A DNA stretch of 64,000 nucleotides, from contig MCFE01000133.1 in assembly GCA_002104905.1 (NCBI GenBank), positions 62,001 through 126,000 of the forward strand, given 5' to 3'. Below, piece after piece: positions 50,267-62,811 of this stretch. The notes beneath the pieces are model-generated. The model was not told the origin of the DNA. It did not search any database and saw nothing but the letters and a program-made list of their open reading frames with translations. Origin of the DNA: Basidiobolus meristosporus CBS 931.73. Taxonomy: Eukaryota; Fungi; Basidiobolomycota. Within the stretch, counting starts at the first letter, position 1. The number at the start of each line of letters is the position of its first letter. A program made the position numbers and the translations under genes.

Positions 50267-53200
50267 TACCTCACTTGTGCTTATTTCCGCAGAGACGGCA
50301 CCAAATATGTGGGTTATTACTGACTGTACTTGGTGAGTGGGAGAGCTTGTAGGTCAAGTCAGTACCACTTGGTTCAGAATAGCTTCCGATAGAAGGTAGC
50401 AAGGTAATAAAGACTTCTGTTTATTTTGTCCAAATCTCGTTGTTCTTCCTGGTTCAATTGGGTAGATATATATATCACTTGGGGGGGCTTAGACAATAGA
50501 CAATGTGTTATAAAATAGGGGTGTGAACACCTTCCTGTTATGGTAAGTGTTCTAACTAGATAAGGGCAGGGATAGGAGGGGAGGACGCATGGGGGAATCA
50601 TAGGGAGGGTACTGGAGGACTTTGGGTAGGACTCAGGAGGGAACTCTTGGGAGAACTCTTGGGCAAAGAGTGGGTACTACATTGAGTACTCACAGAGTTT
50701 TCCTAATAAAAATTAGGTGCTTGTTGCACCCAACCCAACTTTACATTATGTCACTGATTACTCACTCATTGGGGCTGCTTAGCTTCTTAGTGCCATAGGC
50801 ATAAGTGTCTCCATGTACATATTTGTCATCAGTATTCTCCAACTCTTCCTGGCTGTCCTCCATGTGCCAACTCATCACATCCATAACAGACTTGAAGGTA
50901 ATATTCTTGGTGAGATTGGGATATGGTAGTACCTGCAACTTGACTTGTCTTTGTATCTCCCCACACATCCACTCCATAGGAAACTCCCAAAGGTGAATCA
51001 AGGCCCAATATTCTCCCCACACTGTGCAAGATGGAGTCAAGAATGGATACAGTAGTGGCAGAGATCTACTTGTTCAGCTTTATGTTTGTAGTATGGCTGC
51101 TCAAATCCTGCCACAAACTCCTTGCACAACAGCTGTAGATGCGTCAAGTTGGCATTGGTGATCTGCTTCTGGATAAATATTCATACAATATCCATCTATG
51201 ACTCCCAATGCTTCCGATGCACTCCGGGTAGGAATGGCTTCAGAACACCACTTAAATAAATACATATCCAGTTCATCCAGTCTTTGCATTTGAATTGTCA
51301 CATATGCATATGAATATTGATTGGAGCCCATGAGAATTACTCAGGGTAGCAGATACTCTGTAATATCTTTGCAATTCTTTCAAATTTCTCCAGTATCTTG
51401 AAGGGCTCATTTAGCATGAAATGCTCCTTGTGAGACTTGGTCATCAGTATAGGGATATTGTTGAAAAGCAAATGCATTGCCCTAGTGGAAAGCATTTGCT
51501 CTAACAGATACTGTCTATCTTAAGCATCTCTGGTTTCCAATTGATTCCATATTCTGATCAATGGCTAATAGCTTGCCAACTTTGCTGCAATTGCATGCTG
51601 ACTTCTGTATGTTCTCTCTGTGGAAAGATGATGTCCTTATTGCTGGTGTTTGGGTAACAATAATGTGTATGAGTTATGGAGTAAATCCCCTGGATCTCAC
51701 ACATTTGGCAGCAATACCATCCATTGCACCTGGAAATACCTGCTATCTTGCTGAGGGCTGGAGTATCTCCAATGCAGATAATAATATGAGCTTTTACATG
51801 ACAGTCATTTACTGTTGTCCTGCTGGAAAGCATAGAAAACTCATCCAGCAATGAATACAGGTAGCTATTCAGGTTGGACAGTGACTTAGGCCCAGTTACC
51901 AGTGAGACTACCATCAGATTATTGCTCTGAAACTGTAAAATGGCCAACAGATTCAGATTGATGAGAATCAGTGGCCAGCAGGATTTGCTGGTAGAGTACT
52001 TGTTTAATGAGAATCTATCTAGTGCTAATGCAAAGGCATGGTCATACATACCTTCAAAGTGGCCCTATGTCTGCAATCATTCCATCTGTAGGACAGTAAG
52101 CTAAGCTAACTAAGTTATTCTCTATAGCTTCACATATGAAATGATGTCTAATATCTATGTGCTTGGTTCTTGCATGAAAAGTTGGATTTCTACCTAATTG
52201 TATACATCCTTGATTATCTTGAAATAAAGTAATAGGCATTTATTGACATAGGCCTAAATCTGTAAAGAGCTTTCTTAACCACATTGCTTCTTTTGTAGCT
52301 TCACAGGCTGCCATATACTCTGCCTCTGTGGTAGAAAGTGCTACGGTTGGTTGCTTTCTTGAATTCCATGAGATTGCTCCTTTACAGTAAAGAAAGGTGT
52401 ACCCTGTGATGGATCTTCTGTCTTCCAAATTTTGTCCCCAATCAGCATCAGAGTATCCCACAAGATCCTGTTCTGAATCCTTATAAGTGTATCTTAAGCA
52501 GATATCAGCAGTTCCTTTTAGGTATCTAAAAATCCGCTTAACTGCTGCAATATGATCAGATCCATAGTTCTGATTATGTTGGCTGACAACTCCCACTGAA
52601 TATGAGATATCTGGACATGTTCCAAGCATGATATACATCAGACTGCTAACCATAGATTGATAAGGAAAGTCAGGGCTTTCTGATGGCACCAAGCTCTCTT
52701 GATTTGGTTGAGTTTTGACCAAGTTAAGGTTTGTCTCCATTGGGGTAGCTGCCGGTTTGCAGTCTTCCATTTGTTACTTCTTTAGTATATCTTGAATATA
52801 CTTGGACTGACTTAGGGTGATAGTCTGGGTACTTCTGTCTATGGAGAACTTAATCCCTAAGTAGTAGCTGAGTTCTCCTAGATCGGACATCTTGAACTCC
52901 TTAGATAGGCTGGATTTAGTTTCTTCCAATGTTTCTAGGTTATTGGTGGCTATAATAAGATTGTCCACATATAGAGCTAATAGAATAGGCTATTTAGGGC
53001 CTCTTTTACAGTCTGGGGTTCATCAACATGGACTGAATAGGCATAGGCTAGGTTTGTACCCTCATTGATATAGTAATTTGGGCTATTTCTTGTCCAATTA
53101 GATCTCTGGGCATTTGATACTGGACTGATCACTTCTGGGATATTTCTGGGCACTGATTCTGGCTGAACCATGGTTGTAGAGTCCTCTGGCGTGAAAAAAT

Positions 53201-54822
53201 TTTCATTGTTTTGCTCTGATTCAATCCTGACAATTGGTGGACTTGAGATCAAATTTTTGTCATCATCTGATATCATATTTTGTGAAAATTTTGAGTTTTC
53301 ATCAAACAACACATCCCTAGACTTGATCAGCTTCTTTGCTTTGTTACTGTAGAGTCTGTATGCCTTACTCTCATTGCAGTAGCCCAAAAATATGCATTTT
53401 ACACTTTTTGGCTCAAATTTTGACTGATTTGTGGCCAGTTTTTTTGGCATATGCTGTACACCCAAATATTCTTAGATGTTCTGCACTTGGTCTGTATCCA
53501 TACCATGCTTCAAATGGAGTAGAATCACGAAGTACTTTGCTATAACTCCTATTTTTAAGGTATACAGCAGTGGCAACTGATTCCGCCCAAAAATCATAGG
53601 ATAATATTTGATCATGGATTATATATCTTGCCATATCAATTATTGATCTGTTAGCATGTTCTGCTACTCAATTTTGCTGTGGGGAGTATGGTACAGTAGT
53701 CTCTTGCTTTATCCCATGATTTTTGCAGAAGTGGATGAAGAGTTTTGAGGTATATTCTCCACCATTGTCAGAGCGTATTTTCTTGATTTTTTCACCAGCT
53801 TCACTCTCCACCATGGCTTTAAACTCCCTGAAATTAGACAGAGCTTCTTCCTTTCACTCCATGAAGTAGACCCATGTGTATCTTATAAAATCATCAATAA
53901 AAGTGATTAAATACTCCATCCTGCCTAAGGATAAATTTTGCATAGGTCCACACAGATCTGAGTGAATTAGATCTAATTTTTTCTCAGTTTTGATTAACCC
54001 AGAGCTCTTGAACGGTTGTCTGGCTTGTTTTCCATATATACAGGCTTCACAGTGCTCCAAATTAGCTGGGGGATCAATTTTCACTCCAGAAATTAGCTGA
54101 TCTTTGATCATTTTATGCAAATAATCAAAATTGATGTGTCCAAATCTCCTATGCTAAAGCATTGTTGTTTCTTCATTTAAGTTACTTATATTGGCTTCCA
54201 GATATGATGGAATATAAGTCAACTTGTATAGACTCTGATCTCTGATGCCTAAAGCAATATGAGCACCATTTTGATCAGTGATCCTGCATCCAGAATTGTC
54301 AAAACTGAAACTGAGTCCTTCTGCTGTGGCCTTGCTTACACAGAGTAGGTTCTTGGCTATTTCTGGTACATAGAGTACTTCTTTAAAGGTCAGTGTATGG
54401 CTTCCTTCACTGCTTCTAAGGTTTACTTGGATAGTTCCTTCTCCCACTACATCAAGTGTTTTATTGTCACCCATGAAGACCTTCTTAATTGGAATTTCTT
54501 CATATTGGGTAAAAAGTTCTTTTTGGTGTGTAAAGTGTTGAGATGCTCCAGAGTCAATATACCACGTATGAGAATCCTTGTTTGTGGTCATATTTGGTGC
54601 AGATATGAATAGTCTATCTTCAGTTGTTGCAGCATTTCCATATTCAGGCTTCTTTTGCTGATTATCTTTCATTTTGAGACACCGGTCTGATGTGTGTCCT
54701 TTCCTTTTGCAGTAGTTGCAAAATAGGTTGCTGTTGCCTTTGTAGGGTCTTGGGTACCTCCTTATTGGTTATCATTGCTTATTAAAGCATTTTCTTCTTC
54801 CTTCTTATTGGCGCTTGATTTT

Positions 54823-55517
54823 TGTTGTATCCAAGAGAAAGTGTAATAAAACTCTTGAATGGTTTAACTGAACCAAAGGGACAATTAAGTGCAGAATCTT
54901 AGAATTGTCAGAGAGTGGCAGAAATATTAGCAGAAAGATTCTGATCTAATATTGGTCTTGGATACAGCTGGGTTGGCTATAAAGACAATGATATTTGTTT
55001 GCTAGGCAGGCTAGGCTTGGTGTTCTTTGGAGTGCTAGATATACTAGGCTTGGATAGAAACTAGAACGGAATTGTTGGATTCTTATTTTTGCTGAGACAG
55101 AATCTTAATTTTGTTGAGACACACACTAAACCAAAAGGTTCAGCAAACTTTATTTATACTTTTCTGATCAAGTTGAATTAGTAAGCGCCAAGGGACTGAT
55201 TGATTGAAATCAATTTGGGTGTTCATAGGTGCATAAGATAAATGAAAATTACATCATCAATCAACTGATGTCTTGGCAACTGCACAGTGGTTGGATAGAT
55301 CTCAGATGACTAATCACCTGGGAAGGCTTGGCAGATAGGTTGATAACGTAATGACCATTTGAAAATAGATCAGGTGTGATAGCTAAAAATAGATTCTGAG
55401 GTGGGATAAAATAAACTGTAACTGGGATTTGTTATGTTTGGGTTAGGGAAAAGCAGTGAGGGTACTAGATTTTCAAACGGAGTAAAATTGGCTAAGTTTA
55501 AATGTTGATGCACAACA
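54823..55517. repeat. 695-bp solo LTR (family D) in C-1 gag
   Basis: TGTTGT...ACAACA termini, perfect 5-bp TSD ATTTT. Confidence 0.85.
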
Positions 55518-55668
55518 ATTTTCTTAATTCTTCATCCAGGAGCCTTCCATATACATAATTTAAGGTCAAATCTTCAGTTCTGGACTCTAGGGCTGATACA
55601 AGGCCCTGAAGCTTGTTTGTCAGGCTATTCAGGATAGTAACTATCACATCCTTATCAGTAGTTGGTAC

Positions 55669-56018
55669 TGTTGTAAGAGTCTTGGAGATATTGGAAGTGA
55701 TTTGGAGAACAAGTGGATTATGTGGTTTTAACTTAATGATTTATTGAATGTAAAAGTAGTATTTATACTTTTACCAAGTCTTGGCATTACAAACACGTAG
55801 AATAGGTTAAGAAAGGTCCCAAGAGCATGTGTGCAAAGTTTGGGGCTGTTTGGACAACTTTGAGAATTTTCATGTTCTGGGTACCTGGTATTTTGGTGAA
55901 AATATTCTAAGTAAATCCCGACAAGGAATTTGGTCAGTATTCTCTAGGATTTGAAGGTAATGATCTAATTGACTAAGTTAGGTGAATATTTAGGTTGAAT
56001 TACGAATTTTTTACAACA
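55669..56018 (-). repeat. Solo LTR of family C inserted in C-1 gag
   Basis: 350 bp, near-identical to 56481-56828, perfect TSD GGTAC. Confidence 0.93.
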
Positions 56019-56834
56019 GGTACGCCCACAGATTCCATCTCATCTACCAGCAGGGTAATTCTTTTAATTAGATTTTTCATTTCTTCTCCTGGTAGCATCT
56101 TTGTAGTAAAGAGTTTTTGTCTCAGATACATTTTCTTGGCAGCTGAGCATGACTGGTAGGTGTCTTCCAATGCTTTCCAGGCATTCTTTGCCATTTTTGC
56201 TCTTGAGCATTGAATTAGCAATTTGTCCTTGACATTAAGGCAAATGCAGTTAAAGGCACTTTGTTCTTTCTTCTGGTACTTTAAGGCTTCCTCTCGCACG
56301 TTTTTACAAGGGCATTCTTCTCCCATGACAATATCCCAAAGGCCTCTTTCTTGTAGCAGCATCTTCATCTTCACCTTCCACACTTGGTGGTTAGATCCAT
56401 CCAACTTTTCAGCAGAGGGAAAAATTCCAGTAATAGCAGTAGTAGACATTGCAGAGAGTGACAGCTTGGGGCTCATAACCTGTTGTAAGAGTCTTGGAGA
56501 TATTGGAAGTGATTTGGAGAACAAGTAGATTATGTGGTTTTCACTTAATGATTTATTGAATGTAAAAGTAGTATTTATACTTTTACCTGGTCTTGGCATT
56601 ACAAACACGTAGAATAGGTTAAGGAAGGTCCCAAGAACATGTGTGCAAAGTTTGGGCTGTTTGGACAACTTTGAGAATTTTCATGTTCTGGGTACCTGGT
56701 TTTTTGGTGAAAATGTTCTAAGTAAATCCCGACAAGGAATTTGGTCAGTTTTCTCTAGGATTTAAGGGTAATGATCTAGGTGACTAAGTTAGGTGAATAT
56801 TTAGGTGGAATTACAAATTTTTACAACACTTACA

Positions 56835-57133
56835 ACAACTTTCACTCAATGACTTGTAGAGTGTAAAAGCAGTGTTTGCACTTTTGCATGGTTTTGGCAT
56901 TACAAACATGTTCAATATGTATAGAAAGGTCCCAAGAGCATATGTGCAAGGTTTTGGGCTGTTTGGATGACTTCAATAATTATCATATTCTGGGTACTGG
57001 ATGTTTTTGGTGAAAGTATTCTTAACAGCTCCCAGCATGGAACTTGTTTATTGTTCACAAAGATTTGTAGGTTACAATCTTAGTGATCATGTTAGACAAA
57101 TTTATTGGCAGAATTGAAAATCTTGACTACAGC
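56835..57133 (-). repeat. Diverged C-like LTR relic abutting the C-1 5' LTR
   Basis: Retains ttggcattacaaac, aaggtcccaaga and ttctgggtac blocks. Confidence 0.7.
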
Positions 57134-57639
57134 ATAAATGTTAGGTGGCTGGAAGTGTGCCAATAAGGGACAAGCAGGCAGAAGCAAATGCACCAGTGCA
57201 CTGCTTATCAGGGAAAAAGCATAGCACCACTTAAGAGACACTCAGTCCAAGTAGCAGTAAAGGACTAGACAGTGATAAAAACCACTGGCTTCCTCAGGAG
57301 TCTGTCATAACCAAGGATGAAAGCTCAAAATAAACAGTAAACAAATGTCAGGCTGCTGGAAGAGTGCCAGTAAGGGACAGCCAGGCATAAACAGATGCAC
57401 TGGTGCTGCATTTATGGGGGAGAAATGTAGCTCAGTACAGGAAATGCTTAGCCAATGTAGCAGGGAAAAACTTGGCATTGATAAAGGAAGAGGTAAAGGG
57501 AAAAGAGTCTAACTAAGATAGAGACAGGGAAGTGTCAGAAAAAAGCTGTAGTTCACACCAATGAATGCCATGAGTCCAGAACAGGCTCAATCTCATAGTG
57601 GCCAAGAAGAATTACCAACAAGACAGCAGCTATTTTCTC

Positions 57640-57987
57640 TGTTATAAGAGTCTTGGAGATATTGGAAGTGATTAGGTGAGCAAGTAGATTATGTGATTTA
57701 CACTTAATGATTAATTGAATGTAAAAGTAGTATATTTACTTTTTAACAGTATTGGCATAACAAACACATGGAATAGACTTAGGAATGTCTCAAGAGCATG
57801 TGTGCAAAGTTTGGGGCTACTTGGACAACTATGAGAACTTTCATGTTCTGGGTACCTAATATTTAATGAAATTATCCCAAGTAAATCCCATCAAGGAATT
57901 TGATCAGTATTCTCTAAGATTTGTAGGTTATGATCTATGTGACAAAGTTGGATGAATATTTAGGTAGAATTGCAAACACTTACAACA
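57640..57987 (-). repeat. LTR of family C (probably solo) interrupting repeat family X
   Basis: 348 bp, TGTTAT...ACAACA; TSD not convincingly preserved. Confidence 0.85.
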
Positions 57988-58504
57988 TTTCCAAGAGTTG
58001 CAAGCACAGTAAGTTGAGCCAAACTCCAGTGAGGTATATGAGCTTGCAGAGAAAGCTAGTTTGTCTACCACAGCCTCCCCATCCTCTTGCATAAAGCCAT
58101 TGGGTTCTTGCTGACACCATAGAAAAAGGGTATTGTGGCAGAAGTGCATACTGAATGGTGGATTTCAATGGAAATAAACCAGTTTGTATGCATGAAAAGA
58201 ATAAGCATTGGGCAAGTCAGGAAGTAAGGAGTGTGTAAAGAGGCAATAGCCAATCAATGTACACAAATGCAGGAGGTGATTGAGTGTCTGGGGTCAGAAA
58301 GTGAGCAAAATGACTGAGAATCAATTCAAAGCCACCAATGTTTTGAGTAAGATTTTTGACCAAGTTTTTTGTGAAATCTGAAGGGGCAATTTTTTGATGG
58401 TCTTTGCACCATGTCCTAATGTCATCCTTACCTCTTAGTTACAGGATTAAAATTCTGTGACCACCTTTTGATGGGATCATCACAATTATTTTTCATAGGG
58501 CATA

Positions 58505-59099
58505 TTTCAGGATAATCAGGGATGTATACAATTAGGTAGATCAAACTTTTCATGCCAGAACTGGGCACATATATATATTAGACATCATTTCATACAAGAA
58601 GCTATAGAGAATAACTTGGTTAACTTAGTTTACTGTCCTACTGATGAAATGATTGAAGACATATTTATCTAGCCATCAGCGAGAGACAAATTTGAATATC
58701 TCAGATCACAATTAGGACTAGTTAATATGAGTATTTAGTTGCGAGAGTGTGTTGTAAAAAGTTGTAATTGCACCTAAATATCCACCTAACTTAGTCACTT
58801 AGATCATTGCCTACAGATCTTAGAGAATACTGACCAAATTCCTAGTTGGGATTTACTTGGGACATTTTCATCAAGACATTAGGTACCCAGAACATGAAAT
58901 TTTGTCAAGTTGTTCAAACAGCCCCAAACTTTGCACACATGTTCTTGGGACCTTCCTAAATATACTTTACATGTGTATTCTGTCAAGACCATATAAAAGT
59001 ATCAATGATACTTTTTCATTCAACAAATCATTGAAGCAACGGCCACTTTATCTACTTGTTCTCCCAATCACTTCCAATATCTCCAAAACTCTTACAGCA
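58505..59099 (+). mobile_element. 3' end of a copia C copy (RNase H tail, PPT, 3' LTR 58750-59099)
   Basis: QDNQGCIQLGR...IRHHF-like relic, followed by GAGAGTG and a 350-bp LTR. Confidence 0.85.
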
Positions 59100-59310
59100 A
59101 TATCAAGTGGGTATCACTTAATGAGTTATTAAATCTCAGGGTGAGGTTTATACTTCTGTATGGTTGTAGAAATGCAAGCACATACAGTCTGCTTAGGAAG
59201 CTCCCAAGATCATGTTTGCAAAGCTTAGAGGTCTGGCATCAGTGTGAAACTAATTCAGAGCACCCTGCCATACTTGAAACTGATTCTTGAGAAACTTGTT
59301 ACTTTTGTAC
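59100..59310 (-). repeat. Highly diverged C-like LTR relic, the last TE sequence before the gene region
   Basis: cacttaatga, tttatactt and cccaagatcatgtttgcaaag blocks match LTR-C. Confidence 0.55.
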
Positions 59311-59356
59311 TTTTCAAACTAGCTATTCCTCATTGCAAGTGGTGTAAAAGAGCGAT

Positions 59357-59362
59357 TTTATT
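59357..59362 (-). terminator. Candidate polyadenylation signal AATAAA of MTR4
   Basis: AATAAA on the minus strand about 85 nt after the stop codon, just before TE sequence begins. Confidence 0.45.
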
Positions 59363-59445
59363 ATAGAGAAAGGATTACTACCAGTGTGCAAAGCTCAAGA
59401 GTACAACTAGGAGGGGGATTTGTCGAGGATGCCCGAAGAAGATAT

Positions 59446-62400
59446 TTACAGATAGAGGGAGGCAGCGAAAACGATGTCACGTTTGATCTTGTTGATGCCA
59501 TCGGCGAATTTGTTCTCCAACTCCGTGTTGCCAATGGACTTCGCAGCCGCGCACATTTGTCTTAGTAATTCTTCGAGGCGACGGAAGCCACGAATGAGGG
59601 ACCCTTCGAAGGTGTCGGTCATCTTGATGATCTGGGAGAACTTGGCCCCGTTACACCACGCGAAGACCACGTCCATGTGCTCCGAGCGGAAGCTTTGTAC
59701 ATATTCCTCTTCGTTCACGTTGAGCTTCGACTCCTGGGAGACCTTGGCGATGCGGCGGGCCGCCTCCTGCATCATTCGCAGTGGGCCGGCGAGCTCTTCG
59801 CCAAGCTTCGGTGCTTGCTCGCTCTTCTCCTGGAACACAAAGCAACTCAGCAACGCAACACTCTGCTCCACTGTGAGGTCATTGAAAACACCATTGAAAA
59901 TCATCTCCGTGAGCAGCAACTCATCTCCCGTACTGATCTCGCACGCCACTCGGCCCTTGACTTCGATGACATCCGCCTGGTTGGTGTAGCCCAATCTTCG
60001 GAGGACACGCTTGCGGCATCTCAGCTCATCCAGCTGCATGATCGAGTGCGCGGTTTGAATCTGCTTCTTGAGCTCCTTGGCACGAGAGGCGAGGCTGACC
60101 TTCTTGGAGTACTCCTCGAAGAGCTGGGGGAGCTGAGGGTCGGTCTTCATCGGGCTGTCATCGAGGCGAGCTTGCAGGACATCGATCTTTTTGAGAAGTT
60201 TCTTGAAGCTCTCATCCTTGATGCCAAGGTTGTCGACGGGGTCGAGCAGGGGCAGACCGTCAGGGAAGCGCTTCTTCACCTCGGTGATGGACTTGTAGAC
60301 AGTGTTTCTGGGCTCCAAGGGGCGGATGTCTTTGGGAAGGAAGAGGCGAACGTGGCTCATGCCTCTCAAGGTGTTGAGCAGGACAGGGACCACCACCATC
60401 TCCCCCTTCTCGTTCTCTTTGCAGGGCTGCACCCCAGTCACCAGCCCGTCAGGGCCCTTGGCAACGGTGGTGCCAGCAGCACAGTGAAGGAGCACATCAA
60501 CGATGTATCTGGCGGCAGCATCCACGTCATCGGCATCGTTGCTATCTTTGTTGGGGCCCTTGTTGGGAGAAGAACGCTTCTGGTAGCTCACGACACAGCC
60601 CCAGCCGAAGTCCACGCCGTCATGGACCACCCTTACCACACGGCCAGGCTGGATGAATGGCAGCGAGTAAGTGGGGTGGTTCATGATGTCGAATTTATCG
60701 TTGGTGTAGCGGTCGATCTCTTGCTTGATGTTGAAGTACTGCTCCACCAGTCTTTCGTTCTCCACCACGATCGCTTTGCGCTCCTCCTCGACCAGCTGAA
60801 GCTCCGCCTCGAGCTTGGGAACGTTGGCGTTGTTCTGGAACTGGAAGAAGCACTGGTCCAACATGAACTCGGGGCTCATGCCGTCCACACGCATCAGATT
60901 GAGAATCATGTTGTATGTGAGATGGAAGGCGGAGTTGAGGGCGTCCGCCTCACCCTTCACCATGTTCTTGGCGACGGCAGGCTCCATCTTCTCGTCCACC
61001 ATCATGATAACGATACCACGGTCATCGAGACCACGTCGACCGGCACGACCAGACATCTGGATGTACTCACCGGAGGACACCCAGCGGAAGTCCTTACCGT
61101 CGAACTTGCGCACATTCGTGAACACCACGGTCTTGGCAGGCATGTTGAGACCGATGGAGAAGGTCTCGGTGGCGAAAAGGACCTTGAGCAGGCCTTCTTG
61201 GAAGAGGATTTCGATGACTTCCTTGAGGATGGGAAGCAGGCCGGAGTGATGGATTCCGATACCACGGCGCAACAGGGGGAGCAGATGCTCGATCTGGGGA
61301 AGCTGCTTATCATCGTCGGACAGTCCGTTGATGGCGTTGGTGAACACGGTGGCAACCATCTCGTTCTCAGACTCGTCATTGAAGTCAAGCTTGCTCATTT
61401 GCAGGGCGAGCGACTCGCACTCCCTCTTGCTGAAACTGAAGACAATCACCGGATGGTAGTTCTTGGTCATGATCATCTTGACGATCTTGTAGATGTCCGA
61501 GGGGCCTGCAGAGATAATGTGAGCATACAATCAAGCCAAGCGCCGAAGTGGCCGCTCCTACCTTTGGTGGAAGGCTTTTTGCCCTTCTTCTTTGCTCCCT
61601 TCCCGCTGCCTCCAGGCTCTTCGGCAGAGCCGGAATCGCCCAACGCCCCGATGGCCTTTTGGAAGTTCTCCTCGCGGAAGACACTCTTCTCGTCCACGAC
61701 CAGGTGGATACCCTCGCTGCCGGATGGGAAGAGATAATGCTGCAGTGGGGTGGGTCGGAAGTCGGTGTACACGATGTGGCATGGCTACATGACAAGCGTT
61801 AGTGATGTTGGTCCTCATGATGGTTGGCCAGCGGCCAGGCGTTACCTGCTCGTGAATCTTGCAAATCCACTCGGCGAACTCCATAGCGTTGGGGATGGTG
61901 GCGGACAAGAACACGTAATGGACCTTGTGGGGAAGCATAATGATGGTTTCCTCCCAGACGACACCACGCGCCTTATCACGCATGTAGTGCACCTCATCGA
62001 AAATTACCCAGGCCACCTCTCGCATCACCTCTGAACCGCGGTACAGCATGGACCGCAAAATTTCCGTGGTCATGACGAGGCAGGACGCGCTGGGGTTGAT
62101 CGTAACATCACCAGTCATCAGACCAACATCTCCGAATTCCTGGAGAAGCTCACGGTACTTCTGATTACTGAGGGCCTTGATGGGACTGGTGTAGATCACT
62201 CGCTGTTTGTCGCGTAAACTTTGCGCGATAGCATACTCTGCCACCACCGTTTTACCTGCACTGGTATGGGCACTGACCAGGACAGACTCCGAGCGCTCGA
62301 TACAGTGCGTGGCTAGGAGCTGGAAGGGATCTAATTTGAAGGGATAGCTTCTGGCAGGTGGCTCGGGGGACACGTGCTGCGACAGTGGGACATAATCGTA

Positions 62401-62811
62401 GGTAGGGGGGATGGCGACTTGATGACGAACCTAGCAAACAGTCAAGCGTGAGTTAGCGGGAAGAGCTTGGCGAATTGGACATGGCGCCCATACCTGGTGA
62501 GAAAGGACCAAGGTCTCTCCGTAGTCTTCTTGAACTTCCTTTCCTACTGCCTGTACCTCGCGAGATAGATCTTGCGAGAATTCATCGGCAACGAGAGCCT
62601 TGGGTGATAAGGCCCGTTTAATCTTTCTAGTGGGCTCTTGAGACTCAGTCGAGGGGGTGTTGACTTCTACGCCTGCTTCGGCGTCAACCTCGGCGGCTGG
62701 CTCTTCGGTCTTTCTCTTTTTGGTGGAAAGATTGGTTAAATCCGTGGTAATTTCGGTGGTGACAGGCGCAGAGAAAACATCGAACAAGGAATCGGTATCT
62801 TCGGAAAACAT
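59446..62811 (-). CDS. MTR4: Nuclear exosome/TRAMP Ski2-like RNA helicase Mtr4, 1,061 aa, 4 exons
   Basis: Exons 62811-62494, 62430-61846, 61784-61562 and 61505-59446 total 3,186 nt. Motifs [25 protein letters not shown], an arch/KOW insert and C-terminal [11 protein letters not shown]. Confidence 0.97.
61506..61561 (-). other. MTR4 intron 3 (56 bp)
   Basis: GTAGGA...CAG, phase 1; joins PSTK-G to PSDIYKIVK. Confidence 0.9.
61785..61845 (-). other. MTR4 intron 2 (61 bp)
   Basis: GTAACG...ACTAAC...TAG, phase 0; joins HEQ to PCHIVY. Confidence 0.95.
62431..62493 (-). other. MTR4 intron 1 (63 bp)
   Basis: GTATGG...GCTAAC...TAG, phase 0. Confidence 0.92.

Larger units (their letters stand above)
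42846..50694 (-). mobile_element. Young Ty3/gypsy element B (7,849 bp including a nested solo LTR)
   Basis: 387-bp LTRs at 42846-43232 and 50308-50694 (5 mismatches, 3 at CpG), 5-bp TSD GAGTT, PBS TGGTGCCGTCT (about 50293-50303), CpG-rich interior. Confidence 0.96.
41955..52050 (-). mobile_element. CACTA-type transposase relic, copy 2 (50695-52050 and 41955-42845), split by element B
   Basis: 51558-52049: ALDRFS...SCWPL...NL...GPKSLSNLNSYL...GDTPALSK...CCQMC; 50762-51040: HLWEFPMEWMCGEI. The flanks rejoin across the GAGTT TSD. Confidence 0.8.
52054..56828 (-). mobile_element. Copia C-1 (least decayed C copy), 3'-truncated, with an RT deletion and two nested solo LTRs
   Basis: 5' LTR 56481-56828, PBS GGTTATGAGCCCC, gag (KLDGSNHQVWKVKMKMLL), protease (WYIDSGAS), integrase, RT/RNase H (GYSDADWG, RTKHIDIRHHF). 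Deletion junction at about 52990. Confidence 0.92.

Noticed and set aside
56456-56668. Reading frame running through LTR-C into gag, and an ATG within the PBS
   Set aside because: Most of it lies upstream of or across the TATA box, and the PBS ATG is out of frame with gag in family E. Likely incidental.
1-59310. Classical ascomycete CpA-type RIP
   Set aside because: The informative paired mismatches (LTR pairs, TSDs, CGA>TGA) point to CpG; a CpA bias could not be shown by eye.
59677-61737. 686-aa antisense ORF overlapping MTR4
   Set aside because: It is in codon register with MTR4 exon 4. Absence of stops follows from avoidance of TTA, CTA and TCA codons in a GC3-rich gene. No recognisable domain.
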